Notes: generated from the sequence alone by a model not told the origin. DNA of 64,000 nucleotides from Nemertoderma westbladi (GCA_032718475.1 JAUCBJ010009137.1:42286-106285); one strand, 5' to 3'. Positions 22,642 through 35,836 are shown, numbered from the stretch's first letter. Numbers and translations are program-made.

Positions 22642-24018
22642 TTCTTAATTTTTTGCAAAAAAAAATATTTTTAATTTTTGACTAAATTTCGGTTCTGGTG
22701 CTCCAAATTCAATAAAATTGGTATATTCTTTGCCGTAATTTTTTTTTCTATCTTTTGAGAGGGGGTATTTTTGGCCCCAAAAAAAAATGAAAAAAAGGGC
22801 CAAAATTACGCGATATTTTTCGACCCTTAAAACTCGTTATTTTAATTATAAATGTTAAGAAAAAAGATAGTGGAGTTAATTTGCTACATTTTACAGGAAC
22901 TTTTGGCGCAAAAAGTTAAATTATAATGTAATGGCGATTTATTAAAAAAAAATTTTTTCGTCCCTTTTTTATAAGTAGTATATTTCACACGATCGTCTGC
23001 CGCTTCAGTTATATAATAGCTATGGCGCTGTAACTACAGTTGAAAGATAGATAATTTGACGCTCTATAAGACTGTTTAAATAAGTCTCCCAGACCTTATG
23101 TATTTTTCGAGCTAGACGAGTTCCCGCGAAGCGAGTTTGTAGCGTGAAATTATAATTTGGGCCCTAATTTTTTTAATATCGTTTGCGCGGCAAAACCAAT
23201 CGAATATTTGGATTCCCCGTATCGATATTAACCGTATAAAATGTACTTTAACCTTCAAGAGTCAAAAATAAAAAAGTTGTTAGTTATAAACTTTTTATTA
23301 TTTTCTGGCCCTTTTTGGACCCCTTTGCCTACATATTTTTTGTACCCCCATTCGATAGGAATGTAGCCCCTGTGGTCTTCTACGCTTTCCGAAAAAGAAT
23401 TCTCAGATTCCTACTAGCGTTGTCGAATTAAAAATTTTGGAAATAATAATTATGTAAAAAAGATGGAAAAAACGGACAAAGTTACGGCCCCTTTTTCCAC
23501 CCGAAATATTAATAAATATCTTACCCCCATTCGATACGAAGGTAGTACCACTCTTCCCCTTTCCAACCGCGTTAATTTCATCCCCGTACGATTAATATTA
23601 GCCGAGTCAGAGCGGATCCCGCAAAGCCATTTTGTCCGTTTTTTCAAATTTGACGGAGAATTTCGGGAAAAAGGCGTGGTAATCTTTTTTGAAAAAAAAA
23701 ACGAATTCACTAATTAATCCCTTCTATCGTATCCCGGCGTCGGTTAAGCAATAACCTAGGGTTTTTTCGAGCCACTGTAGAGCGCCTTTCAAAAAAATTT
23801 TAAAATTGTCGAAGGTTTTTTGTCCGCCGTGTCCGTCGAGGGGATAGATTTGCTAATGTTAGAGTGGCTAATATCTTAGAATTCCGAGTCGCTCCCCTGG
23901 TGCAAAAATAAAAAAAATTGGTCTGTTCCTTCATCGAAAAGTCCCCCAGAATCCCAAGTTAACCTATATAGTTAGCGATGGCCTGCGGCTTTAGGAGCGG
24001 CCGCGGTATTCACCTCCC

Positions 24019-24618
24019 TCATAGCGGCCGCGGCGGTGTTGCGTCAAATGGAGAAATATTTATCCCACCGAGAGAAAGCCGCCCCAATATTAGATTATTA
24101 CAACAACATATCCATTGGGTAAGAAGCCCATTGGGTAGCGCCTTCTCGACTTTGTACGCAAATTTCTTTATACTAACGGGGTTATCCTGTAGGCCACCCG
24201 ATGTTATACCTCTTATGGTCTGCCGGATGATCTTGGCCGGGTGTACGTAGTCCCTGTTTAGCACCCGCCATTCTGTCGTGAAGCCACCCTCGATGCCCTG
24301 GTACTGCCTCACGATGTCGTATGCTGGGCCTCCTGTATACACCTGTAGATATTTTAGGCACTCCGCCTGCGTCAAGTTCTTACTTAATATCTCGTTGCTG
24401 TACATGCGCCGAAATTGCAGGTATTCTTCCGGCCTACTTTCGTCGAATTTAAATGGCTCGACTGGTGGTAACTCGATCCTGGTCTTTAATGCATCGATTA
24501 ATGTAGCCATTCCCATCGCCTGTGCTTCCAATGGGTTCGATGGATGCTGTACAGATTCTCCTGTTGGGTGCGGTCCGCCCGTCCTATCTGTTGACTTTAT
24601 ATGTCTCGGATATATCAT
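24019..24618 (-). pseudogene. BEL/Pao gag capsid-like (DUF1759-like) fragment
   Basis: IELPPVEPFKFD..PEEYLQFRRMY..LKYLQVYTGGPAYDIV..RVLNRDY matches the BEL gag pattern. Confidence 0.75.
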
Positions 24619-25740
24619 TGGGGGTAGCGGCCCCCTCCATATTTCCGTGTCGCACGACCTGTTCTCGTCCAGGGGGTTCGATGTTCTTATTCCCGCTTGA
24701 GTGTATTGTTGATATTGTAATGGGGGAATGTCACCCTGCCCCCCCCCCCCCCCCCCCCACCGGTATGTTTGGTACTGGGGTTGATGTTAATATATTGGGG
24801 CCCATACATCTATCTGCAATAACTCTCCCCTCCCCTGGATATATGTTATGTCCCTGGATATTATTCTCATGCTGCTGTGCTGGTACCGATATAGGATATA
24901 CTTCCGGATCTAATCCCATTGTTCGCGCTACACTATCTCCTACACTATCTCTCCCAGCATGGCCTATAATAGTATGTGCAGTAAGGCCTACAGTATGTCC
25001 TGCAGTCTGCATGTGCCCTTCCGAACCGAAGTTTAATCTTCTCGAATCTCCCCGCGACTACCGTACTCTCGATCGGCAGCTATATCCCGTCAGGAAGTTT
25101 CTCTTCGATCCCCTATCCTGTTCTCGTCTTCATATCGGTACGTCCTGTACCCCTCTCCTGGCGTGCGGTGCGTCTCTACAGGGCGACGGCAATCTCCCGA
25201 AGTTCGACCCCACTGACTCCCTAACTCCATCTCTACTACCGACGGCTCGCTATTCGTCCTTGCTCTCCTGTTGCTCCTAGCAATGACTCTTCTATTATCT
25301 TCACTTCGTCTCTCTTCGACCTCTCGGTTAAACTCTACTAATCTTCTTCTCTCTTCGACCTCTCGGTTAAACTCTACTAATCTTCTTCTCTCTTCCGACT
25401 GGGCTCGACGTCTCGTCGCTCGCCTGCTCTCGGCGCTAACATCTGACTCTACTATGTCCGGCTGGACCCTCCTGGGGATACTCGCCATCCCCCTACTATT
25501 CTCCATCATCGGGTGCCGCGGTTCACCTAACTTGCCCCGCGCATTATCCGCCGACGCCTGTGGGACATTCTCTGCCCCCCCCCCTCTCGCTACTAATCTC
25601 TTGTGGTGGTGTGCCCGTAGCCCCCCCCCCATCCGCTGCTTCTTACTTCACTATCTCTTACTTCACTTCTACACCCCTCTTGTGGGACATTCTCTGCCCC
25701 CCCTCTCTTGCCACTAATCTTTCGTGGTGGGGCGCCCGTA

Positions 25741-27118
25741 CTACTACTACTACTACTAGGATCGGCATGCTGCATTGCAGCTGCATTTTTAAGAATGCTG
25801 TGCTGGCTTGTCAACAAAATTGCACCGCCACAACTCCCTATCACCCATGACATTTGCTAGATCATCCGCATCTTTAAGGCCAGTGTCCTTTAAGATGCGT
25901 CTCAAGAAAGTCATGGGCTGTCCACCATGCTTATTCACTCCATGAGGCTGCCAAAGTACAAGATTATGCACAGGCTGGTCCTCACGGCGAAAGCAATGTC
26001 CTGCAAAGCGGATGCGATTTTGTTCTAGTGTCAAGCTTGGGGGAACCAATGAGACACCTCCAATGTTATATAGTGTCTGGTTGGAGATGTGTGCATTGTA
26101 CTTGACACAATGAACCCGGCGTAGCATTCTTGTGAATGTGCCATCCAGAGATTTGGTGTCCTCAGCAGTTAGAGCCCAGCATGGACTCCCGTAGAGGAGT
26201 ACTGGAACTACTGCTGCTCTAAATAATCGGACCTTAAGTTTCCGATTAATTCTCGGTGACTTCCAAATCCTGGAAAGCCTATTCAAGGCTGCCCATGCCT
26301 TTCCCTTACGTATTCGAAGGTCCTCACCCGACTTCCGGATCCATGATCCCAGGTAACAGAAGTCGTCCACATGATCAGAGACTTGCTGAGGACTTTCAAA
26401 GTTAACGGTCAGAATTTTGGTCTTTCTGGAGTTAATAAAAAGACCAACACTAGAAGCAGCATGTTCTAATGAGCCGAGGAGCTGTTGGGCTCCCTCTAAT
26501 GATTCTGAGAGTACTCCTAAGTCATCAGCAAAGTCTAGATCAGTTAGGTACTTGGCACGATTTCCTCGACTTCTGGAGCCAGTAGGTGGAGTTATCATCA
26601 CCCCATCATCATTATGATGATCTAAGGAGATGCGTAGAACAGTCAACCACAATAATGAACAAGAATGGTGCAAGTGTGTCTCCTTGGAGGACGCCCCATA
26701 ACAATTCAAATGGTTCTGTGTCACCGTCAACAGTAGACACAAATGTTGTCAAACTATCGTATACTGATCTGATTGCTGCAATAATTTCATCAGGAATCCC
26801 ATATAATGAAAGTACGCTGAACATACGTGAGCGAGAGACTGAATCAAAGGCCTTGAAGAAGTCAACAAAGATAACAGCCAGATGCCTGTCTTTCTTTTTT
26901 GATAATTCTTCAATTATCCTTCTAAGTGCCAAAATGGGCTCCATGGTCCCACGACCTTTACGGAACCCATTCTGATTTCCACGGAGCAGTCTCTCAATGG
27001 GATCCCTGATGCGATTTAATAGAATCCTATTGTATAGCTTTGCAGCAATCGAGATCAATGAGATTCCCCGAAAAGAACCACATAGTGTTAGGTTGCCCTT
27101 CTTGGGAACTGGCACCAA
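25741..27118 (-). mobile_element. 5'-truncated RTE-clade non-LTR retrotransposon (frameshifted RT) inserted in BEL-1
   Basis: PVPKKGNL..RGISL, QNGFRKGR, FVDFFKAFDSV, GVLQGDTLAPFLF, DLDFADDL, FCYLGS; (TAG)n 3' tail at 25741-25758; imperfect TSD CGCCCGTA / CGCCCATA (25733-25740, 27119-27126). Confidence 0.9.
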
Positions 27119-27288
27119 CGCCCATAGCCCCCCCCCCCCCCCCCACTCGCCACTTCTAACTTCACTACCTCTTACTTCGCTTCTACACCCCTCTCTAGTC
27201 GACGTACTGTCTCCACTGCGGCTGGGTCCACTCACCCCCGCCTCTCCCTGTGCAACTGCGTTGCCTGACAGGCCCCCGTCGGGTTGAC

Positions 27289-28986
27289 TCACACCGCTAC
27301 TCCCTGCCTACTAACTATGTGGCCTACGAGGCCCCCGTCGGGGTCTCTCACCCCCGCTACTCCCTGCGCACTAACTGCGTGGCCCTGCAGGCCCTCGTTG
27401 GCCGGACTACCTGTGTCTACATTAGTATTAATAGCCCCGTTGTCAATATTATTATTTAAATTATTTAAATTAAAATTATTATTATTTTCTAAATTTAAAT
27501 TATTATTCGAATTATTTGGAATATTTGAATTAATATTATTCGGATTATTTTGAATATTTGAATTGGAATTATTCGGATTATTTTGAATATTTGAATTAAT
27601 ATTATTATTTGAATTATTTGTATTTAAGTTAGAATTACCGGATAAATTATTATTTGCTGCAATAAAAGTTTGATTAGGGTTATCTACTATGGTACTATTA
27701 ATATTAACGTTTTCTACTGTATTGTAATCACCCCCCCCCCCCCCCCCCCCCGCCTGTACGGTTACACCAGTCTTGGGTCTGTCATCCGGTCCCTGTAAGT
27801 GGGGTATTAACAAACGTTTCCATAACTTCTGGCTCCCCGTAAACACTACCCGAGCCAGCCTCACTTTCTGATAGCCCCAACTGCGCCAGTTCTAGTCGGT
27901 GCTTTTGTTTGGCCTGATATTGCATAAGCCCCCTCAGCCGGGCGTGCATATCATCTCGCACACGCTTTCCCGTTCTCTCTCTCTCCCTATCCTCTCGCAA
28001 ACTCTGGTTCGCTAACTCTGTTTCTCTCGCCAACCGCTCTCTACGTTCATTTGTCTCTCTCACTTCTCGTTCTTTGCGCTCGTTATCCATTCTCGTTTCT
28101 CGCTCTTTGCACTCGTTCTCCACTCTTGTTTCTCGCTCTTTGTGCTCCTCTTTCTTCCTCTCTTCTCGCTCTTTGCGCTCCTCTTTCTCCCTCTCTTCTT
28201 GCTCTTTGCGTTCCTCTTTCTCCCTCTCTTCTTGCTCCCTACAGTTCCTGGCCACCCTCTTGGCTCTCTCTTTACACTTCCTCGCCAACTCTCTCTCTTT
28301 CTCTAGTAACGCGCTCCCCTCTTCTAACTGTTCTCTAATTCTCTCTGGTCCAACGCCACCAGATCGAGCTGACATGCCAGATCTATTTCTAACACCCGTC
28401 TTACTTTTGCGGAGGATGTAGCGGACTTGTCGGTCGCGACGGACTCACGTTGCCTCCCCGTCCTACTAACTTTCCCCCGCTTTCTGGGGTTCTCGCTAAC
28501 CGACGAGACCGAATCCTCGGGGTTAACCTCGGATTCTGACTCGTGCGGTCCCGCCCAACCCACTAACTTAATTCCCCTGGCATCCACTAAGTATGGCCCT
28601 ATGTACACTACACCAGGCTCTATACCCCTAGATTGCCACAGTTCGAACAGTTCGGTGGCGATCCCTCTCGCTCTCTCACCCGCCAACTCTCCTTGCCCAA
28701 AGCGAACTATATAATCAAAATGTTTGTTCGACTCACCTAGTTGCTGTTCTAGTTTCACCTGGTCCACTTTCCCTCCTTCCTTGGCTTCCCTCAGTTGTTT
28801 CCTTGTTGCATTGTAGGCTCGTCGGAGCCGGTCGCTGACTCCGACGTCCTCGTCGCCGACATCCCCTCTTTCTCTCCGTGTTTGGCGTCGTACTGGTGGC
28901 CCCACAGTCGCCGTTCCGGTGGGCCGTCCGCCGCCCTCGGCCTGTGGCTGGCCGGCGACATCGGTACGTCGTCCGCCGTCGTGCAT
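27289..28986 (-). pseudogene. BEL-1 gag N-terminal part, split over three frames
   Basis: ORFs 28324-28986 (PEDSVSSV), 27782-28375 (E/R/K coiled coil), 27289-27864 (Asn-rich); homologous to ORF 37562-38479. Confidence 0.65.
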
Positions 28987-29631
28987 CGACTCATCCTCTC
29001 GTCCTGATAGATGGCCGCCCCCCGCTTGGGCTACCGGATCGCTTGGGGTCGACGATTCCGGCGTCGTGGGTCGATACCGTCACGTCGCGGCCTCGCGGAT
29101 CGTTTCGTTTGTATCGTCCGGGGTCCGCGGCGGTGTCGTCTCTCCCTCAAGATTTTGGGCTTCGCTCATCTTTACTCTCTCAAATGGTGGTTGGCAGTTG
29201 CAGTTCTGGTTGTAGGTAAATTTATTACTGTGATAGGATCAGAGGATCCCGACTGGTTTGGTTTATTTACGCGTCAACGTCACTGTCCGAATAGAAAAGG
29301 AGTTTGTTGTTGTTTCAATGCTGTTTATAAACTCAATAATATAGGATCAGTAATATATAGTATAAAGTATGATAGCACAATTCAGATTGAATAAGGATAA
29401 TTGACCGGTAATTGTAAATGTAAGTTGGTGGCGGCTTGACGGTAATAAAGTGTCACCGTACTGCCCTGAGTGACTGAAATAACTGAATATGAGATGAAAT
29501 ACCGACCGGTAATATATGATTATAGAAGTTAAAGAGGTCCCAGGAGGGAATCTAAGTCGCAATAGCGTTAAAATAACTAAGACGAGTTGGTAGAATGTTG
29601 AAACCATAATAAAATGAGTTTACAGTGCAAG

Positions 29632-29671
29632 TACGGACGTTTCGTTATTTACTAATAACATCATCAGCGTA
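29632..29671 (-). ncRNA. Minimal type I hammerhead ribozyme (GUC cleavage triplet)
   Basis: Minus strand TACG-CTGATGA-T-GTTATT(AGTA)AATAAC-GAAA-CGT-C^CGTA; canonical core, palindromic ACGT helix III. Confidence 0.88.
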
Positions 29672-29779
29672 AATAAGCGGCACAAACAGACAAAAAAACA
29701 GTTATACAATTAAACCTAGTGTAGGACTACAACACAAGTTCAAATTACCCGCCAATTCCTAACAAGAAGTACTGTAAGC

Positions 29780-32305
29780 TCAAAACAAAAATAAGGGAAA
29801 AGATGATTCTTGGATGTTGAGAGAAGGTCTGTATTTTCGAATTAGTATGCTTTCCTTAATTAAGATGTCATAACTGTTCGAAGCACGGGAGAAAATTGAA
29901 AAGTCATCATAATGTACACTATGATTTGTTTCAAGTGAGTGATCACGTTTAGCTGAGTGCTTGGGTGCGACAGGTTTTCCCGTGCGGGGTGATAACCCTA
30001 GATGCTCCGACACTCTGACCTTATAGTGGCGTATTGATTTGCCAAAATAAGTGGCCGCACAGCCACTGCACTTAAATTTATAAATGGTCAGGGGACGGAG
30101 CTCTGAGGGTAATTTATCCTTAAACGGGAAAAAGCTACTTAAGCGACAGGAGGGAAGGGAGATAATTCTCAGTTCAACTGATGGGAAAGCCTTAGATATA
30201 ATACGGAGTCGTTTATAAAGTAAATGTGACTGGGCACCCAAATATGGCAAGCACAACAGCACGCGTTTCTTGGGTACTGTAGTAACTAGAGGTTTAACAG
30301 GCCCAACTAATTTAATAAGGGTGTCTCCAATAAGATCCCGGACGAAATCTACGGGAAATCCATTACGGCATAGTAGGTCAGTTAAATGGGATAGCTCGAT
30401 ATTACACTTTGTCCAGGTTGAACAAATGCTAAAAACCCGAAAAACTAGTGTGCTAACTAGAGCTATCTTATATTTTAGTGGTATAAAACTATCAAATTGT
30501 GAATATAAACCTGTGAAAGTCGGTTTCCGATAAACAGATGTGTGAAAGTGGTTGTCAATTCTGGTAATGAGGATATCCAGAAAAGACAATTTTCCATCAA
30601 TTTCGAATTCTGCAGTGAATTGAATGTTTTTATGTTTGGTGTTAATATAATTCAAAAAATCAATAGCCTGTGACTTTGATTGAGAAATACACAAAAAATA
30701 TCATCCACGTATCGTGAGTAATATTTAGGTTTTATCCGAGGTGGACAATTATCAAGCCAATGGGTTTCGTGATAGCACATGAAAGCATTTGCGAAGGTTG
30801 GCCCGAGTGGACTTCCCATCGCAACGCCTTCAATCTGTTTATATTTAACACCAATAAATATAAATTCTATGTCCTTGGAGCAAAACTCCAAGAGGCGCTT
30901 GAATTCGCTGCGGGACAAACCACCCACATGTGTGCAGCCATCACAAAATAGTTTATTTAATATTATCGTTATAGTCTCAGAAACTGGCACATTCGTAAAC
31001 AGGCTTTTAACATCAAAGCTAACCATAAGGCCGTCCTTAGCATTAGTAATGTTCATGATATCCCTAACGGCTGAGAAAGTATCCCTTGCCATGTAAGAGT
31101 TGGTGGTTGTAGGTTCCAGAATAGGTACCAGATACTTGGCGAGGTTGTAGCCAGGGGTCATGATGGCCGACAGAATCGGCCGAGCAGGGCAACCCAACTT
31201 GTGAACTTGGGCAAGCCGTATAATATACCTGGGTGGGTCCCGGTAGGTAAAATCGAACTGAATGTCTTGTCATTGATGTCCCAGGACTTCTTGATAGACA
31301 GGCTGATAAGTGCTAAGTCGATCTTCGGCCCGTAGTGCATCAACCAACCAGTCATCGGAGTCAACACGCTTGAATTTCGAAGTATCATTAATAATGGCTA
31401 ATACTTTATCGATATAATCTGACTTATTGAGGAGAACAATCCCATTTCCCTTATCAGGCTTAACAATGACAATGTCTTTATTAGCCTTCAAAGACATGAG
31501 GGACTTACGTTCGCTGTTCGTCAGGTTGGATTCTAATTTTCGTAAATTGTAACCGTACAGCAAACTGAGAGCGACATCACGGAGTCGATTTTTAACGAGG
31601 TCCAAACTCATCCCATACTTGTGATGAACAGTAAGAAGCCTTAATTCTCGGAACAGTTTCTCAAAGGGTACCAAGTAATCTCCATAGTCTATCTTGCGAG
31701 GGACTATAGAGTATCTTAAACCCTTACTGAGGAGAGATTTCTCCGACTGAGATAGTACGTATGAGGAATAATTAAAGATAACGCTATCTGGGTTTAAAGA
31801 GCCGAGTGCGTTCTCCTTGCGGAGTTTGATCAGTTTTGTTGAGTGTATTTTCTGAAACTGTTGTAGACGACGGCGTAGCGATTTTTCACTCTCGCTGTGT
31901 AACAAATGCAAAGTCCAAGCTGGATAACGACATACGCAGTGTACTACGATACTCAAAAGCACGCTGCCCAAGAGAACGTAGGAGTCTGCGTTTACAAGCG
32001 ATCTCAGCTGTAAGGAGTTGAAGTTGGCATGCTTTGTACTGGGGCGTGCCGAGTAGCCAATGATTTGGCGACTTAAAACGCAGGAAGTGAGGAACCAAGC
32101 CATCATCTCTACAGGTGTTCAGAAAGTGAAGGTCTAATTCAGTTTTATGTAGCTTGCTGGTTGTGTGTTCATAAAGGCGAAATGTCTGAAAACACTGACT
32201 GGAATATCGGGATTGGAAGACAGAAGTGAAAAAGGACCCAGGAGGGAATCTAAGTCGCAATAGAGTTAAAATAACTAAGACGAGTTGGTAGAATGTTGAA
32301 ACCAT
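29780..32305 (-). pseudogene. Poseidon-type PLE RT + GIY-YIG ORF, broken by several frameshifts
   Basis: KPDKGNGIV, LYGLPK, RPILS, SFDVKSLFTNVP, GVAMGSPLGP, RYVDD, LSFLDI, TIYKFKCSGCAATYFGKS, RPSLNIQ across six overlapping ORFs. Confidence 0.92.
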
Positions 32306-32329
32306 AATAAAATGAGTTTACAGTGCAAG

Positions 32330-32369
32330 TACGAACGTTTCGTTATTTACTAATAACATCATCAGCGTA
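32330..32369 (-). ncRNA. Minimal type I hammerhead ribozyme (GUU cleavage triplet)
   Basis: Same as 29632-29671 except GAAA-CGT-T^CGTA. Confidence 0.85.
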
Positions 32370-32700
32370 AATAAGCAGCACAAATAGACAATAAAACAGT
32401 TATACAATTAAACCTAGTGTAGGACTACAACACAAGTTCAAATTACCCGCCAATTCCTAACAAGAAGTACTGTAAGCTCAAAAAAAAATAAGGGAAAAGA
32501 TGATTCTTGGATGTTGAGAGAAGGTCTGTATTTTCGAATTAGTATGCTTTCCTTAATTAAGATGTCATAACTGTTCGAAGCACGGGAGAAAATTGAAAAG
32601 TCATCATAATGTACACTATGATTTGTTTCAAGTGAGTGATCACGTATAGCTGAGTGCTTGGGTGCGACAGGTTTTCCCGTGCGGGGTGATAACCCTAGAT

Positions 32701-33275
32701 TGTGACGGGATCCACCGAGGATCACGGTTTATCCGGTTATCTTGACTACGCATCCCCGCCGTGTATGTGAAAAGGCTGAAAGAGTTCTGATGTTGATCCG
32801 TGTATGTATAGATATATAGATAAGATGGAAATAAGCACAGGTGAATAAGTACCGGTAATGCACTGAATAAGATATGCTGATAGCAGTGGATGGGGACGGT
32901 GTTAAGAGTTCCCGTACCACCCTAACTAACTGACTAACTAAGAGTGAATGGGATAACATGATTACTGGTAATATATATTGCACGGTTGGCCACGTGGTGT
33001 TACTCAGTCGATGCTTTCCCCCCATTGGCTAATAACCCTATTTCACACCCTCTGCCCTGCGGGGGTGTTTCCCCCCCCCGCTGCTGTTACTTTCCTCTCT
33101 CTCAGGGGTGTAACCCCTGACCCCTATTGTGCGTGTGTTCTCTGGGGCCTATTGTCCCCGTTTACTGGGGTGACACGAGGTTGATTGGTAATCAACCTCG
33201 TGCTCCCAATATTGCTTAGAGGCGCTCTTTCCCACTTTATGGGGGTTTGGTGAGGCGGAATTGAATACGCTCACA
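32701..33275 (-). repeat. 3' LTR of BEL-2
   Basis: TG..CA ends, adjacent PPT, repeat of 38729-39287; minus-strand CCAAT (~33024) and TATA-like box (~32970-32980). Confidence 0.88.
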
Positions 33276-33797
33276 CTCCCCCCATGCTATCTTCCCGGTG
33301 AGAAGATAGCATCAACCTCAAGTGCGCTTCAATTCCGCTGGAACTCGATCTATTATCAGGTGTGGGGTGGAGTTCTTTTCTTGGAGTCGGCTTTCCAGGC
33401 CGCTCCCTATGGGTATGATGTCACTACCCTCAGGCGTCTCGTGTCGGGCCGATCGTGCGCTTCTCTCACACAATTTTTGTTTCCCCAACACTCTCGCCAC
33501 TCTAACTCCGCTCTCTATCTCAACTCGCTCTTATCCTCTCCCCACACCTGAATCGCACTCTTCTCTCTCGCCAACAGCTCTTCTCACTATCTCCTCTCTA
33601 CTCTCTGCCATTCCCTAAGGCCCTAATCTCTAATGCTACCCCTGTGCTATCATACTATCTACCTACTACTTACTAACTCTAACTATCTCTCTAAGCCTAC
33701 TAACTCTAACTCTACTAACCACTAACAACTCTACTCTCTGCTAAGCCTACTAACTCTCTACTTCTACTAACTCTCTCTAACTCTTACAAACTCTCCA

Positions 33798-34545
33798 ACT
33801 ACGTGGCGCTTAGGGTGCCCACAACCCTCTGCCACTACCCCCATCTACGTGGCGCTTGTGGTGCCCACAACCACTCTACTACTAACTCTAACTAAAACCC
33901 TCTAACTCTCTACTAACTCTAACTCTACTTAGTCTACTCATTTCTGCTATCTACGTGGCGCTACTACTTCCGTCTACGTGGCGCTTGCGGTGCCCACAAC
34001 AACTCTACTACTACTTCTACTCTGCTACTACCTCTAACTCTACTAACTCTACTCGACTCCTCTAAGTCTACTAACTCTCTAGCCCTCTAACTAGAACTCT
34101 CTAACTCTACCCACTCTTCTAACTACGTGGCGCTTAGGGTGCCCACAACCCCTTTACTACTTCTTCCATCTACGTGGCGCTTCCGGTGCCCACAACCTCT
34201 CTACTACTTCCATCTACGTGGCGCTTCCGGTGCCCACAACTACTCTACTACTGCTTTCTACGTGGTGCTTACGGTGCCCACAACCCCCCTACTACTACTC
34301 GTGGCATGACAATATGCCACACTCCCTTACCCCGCCGCCTTCTAACCTACTCTCCTTCAACGTGGCGCTTACGGTGCCCACAACCCCCCTACTACTACTC
34401 ATGGCATGACAATATGCCACACTCCCTTACCCCGCCGCCTTCTAACTCTACTCTCCCTCTATGTGGCACTTACGGTGCCCACAACCCCCCTACTACTACT
34501 CGTGGCATTACAATATGCCACACTCCCTTACCCCGCCGCCTTCTA
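33798..34545. repeat. Array of ~8 copies of a ~28-bp motif with variable C/T/A-rich spacers in the BEL-2 3' non-coding region
   Basis: CTACGTGGCGCTTnnGGTGCCCACAAC at ~33799, 33846, 33975, 34123, 34170, 34214, 34258, 34359, 34459. Confidence 0.85.
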
Positions 34546-34709
34546 ACTCTAACTATCTTCTACTAACTTATCTCCTGACTACTACTTACTATCTCTTCTA
34601 ACTATTATTTAAATAATTTTATTATTTATTTTTAATTAAATAATTATTTATATGTGGGAAGGGCGTCTCGCCCTCATTCCCACCCCCCTCAGTCCAAAAT
34701 ATTGGACGA

Positions 34710-35255
34710 CTAAACTCTAAGGTGCCCCTTCTTCCTGTAGGCACTCTCCCACTGCCCTCCTATACGTCCTCTTACTCTTTGCCACGCTCTCTTCGCCAAT
34801 TCCAACTGACCAGGAATTGGTTCTCCCTCTTCCGCCACCCTAAAATCGGGTCTCTCCGCCGCCTTCTTAACTATCTCGTCTCCTGGCATCAAAATGCCAT
34901 CTCCCTCCTTGTTATCTCCCGGCGGCAGAATGAATAGAAAGTGAAAGAACAGGCAAAACAGAAGGTACAATAGTAGTCCTATCACTTTCCATCCTGTCTT
35001 CCTACTCGAGTTCCCCCTTGTCGGTATGCCTCTCAACCGGACTGGCGTCTCTTCCGGACACTCCTCTGGACACTCCTCCGGACACTCTTCCAGACTATTG
35101 TCCTCCTGACACTCCACCGGCCGCTCCTCTCCGTCCCCATACCGATGCTTGCTGGGAAATCCACTCTCCTCCGCCCACTCTCTTGCCTTTACTCCCCCGT
35201 CTCGTTTATCTACCGTTTCTGGTCTCTCCTCTGCGTCTTCGGTGCCTGGTAACAT
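34710..35255 (-). CDS. Hypothetical 181-aa ORF with one hydrophobic segment inside BEL-2
   Basis: Acidic N-half, then WKVIGLLLYLLFCLFFHFLFIL; no recognised domain. Confidence 0.3.
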   Translation of the reverse strand: MLPGTEDAEERPETVDKRDGGVKAREWAEESGFPSKHRYGDGEERPVECQEDNSLEECPEECPEECPEETPVRLRGIPTRGNSSRKTGWKVIGLLLYLLFCLFFHFLFILPPGDNKEGDGILMPGDEIVKKAAERPDFRVAEEGEPIPGQLELAKRAWQRVRGRIGGQWESAYRKKGHLRV

Positions 35256-35275
35256 GCACCCATGGTAACATGTCG

Positions 35276-35836
35276 TTACTGATTACTGACTACCCCGAGT
35301 AGTACTATTCTTCTCTTCTTTCTTGCCGCTGTCGTGCTTGTAGCCATTGTTTGGCCTCCAGTCTCGTTATCTCCTGTTGCTGTTTCTCTACACTCTCCGG
35401 ATCTGTGTCCTTCTACCACACATCGATGACATAGTCCGTTTGCGTCTGTGTAGGCTATACGATCTTGTTTGGGCAACGCTTGCCAGTGCTTACAACTCCT
35501 GGTCTTATGGGTTCCGTCCCGATGTAATTGACATTCAAATCCTGGATTATAGCGTTCCCTATATAGTCCTTCACGTATCGCGCGTAGGTTTATATCTACC
35601 GATTTAGTGTTTTGGTTGTCTGTACTCGGCCTACTGGGTATATTGGGATTATGTTTATTTATGGTGTTATTTTCTTTCTGTCCCTGCCACGGTGTGGCCC
35701 TACTACCAGCTAACTGTGGACTAGCAGTCCCCTGTGTGGCCGCATGTGGTAGTGACTGTCTTACTCTCGAGAATGGGTCTGTCGGATTATGTTCGGGTCT
35801 AGGCCTGTTGTATTCGGTCTTTGGTGCCTTCCCCAA
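35276..35836 (-). pseudogene. BEL/Pao gag C-terminal zinc-knuckle fragment
   Basis: CQLHRDGTHKTRSC and CHRCVVEGHRSGEC (CX2CX4HX4C). Confidence 0.75.

Larger units (their letters stand above)
23975..29523 (-). mobile_element. Truncated BEL/Pao-type LTR retrotransposon relic (partial 5' LTR + fragmented gag), element BEL-1
   Basis: Partial LTR 29229-~29523 (TGTGATAGGATC) resembles 32701 and 38729; gag fragments with EVNPEDSVSSV, coiled coil, Asn-rich tract and DUF1759-like segment; collinear with 35870-38670. Left boundary approximate. Confidence 0.75.

Noticed and set aside
21650-23965. A defined DNA transposon
   Set aside because: Looks repeat-like with local hairpins, but no matching termini or TSD could be found.
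33798-34545. CRISPR array
   Set aside because: Spacers irregular, low-complexity and partly duplicated; inside a eukaryotic LTR element; no cas genes.
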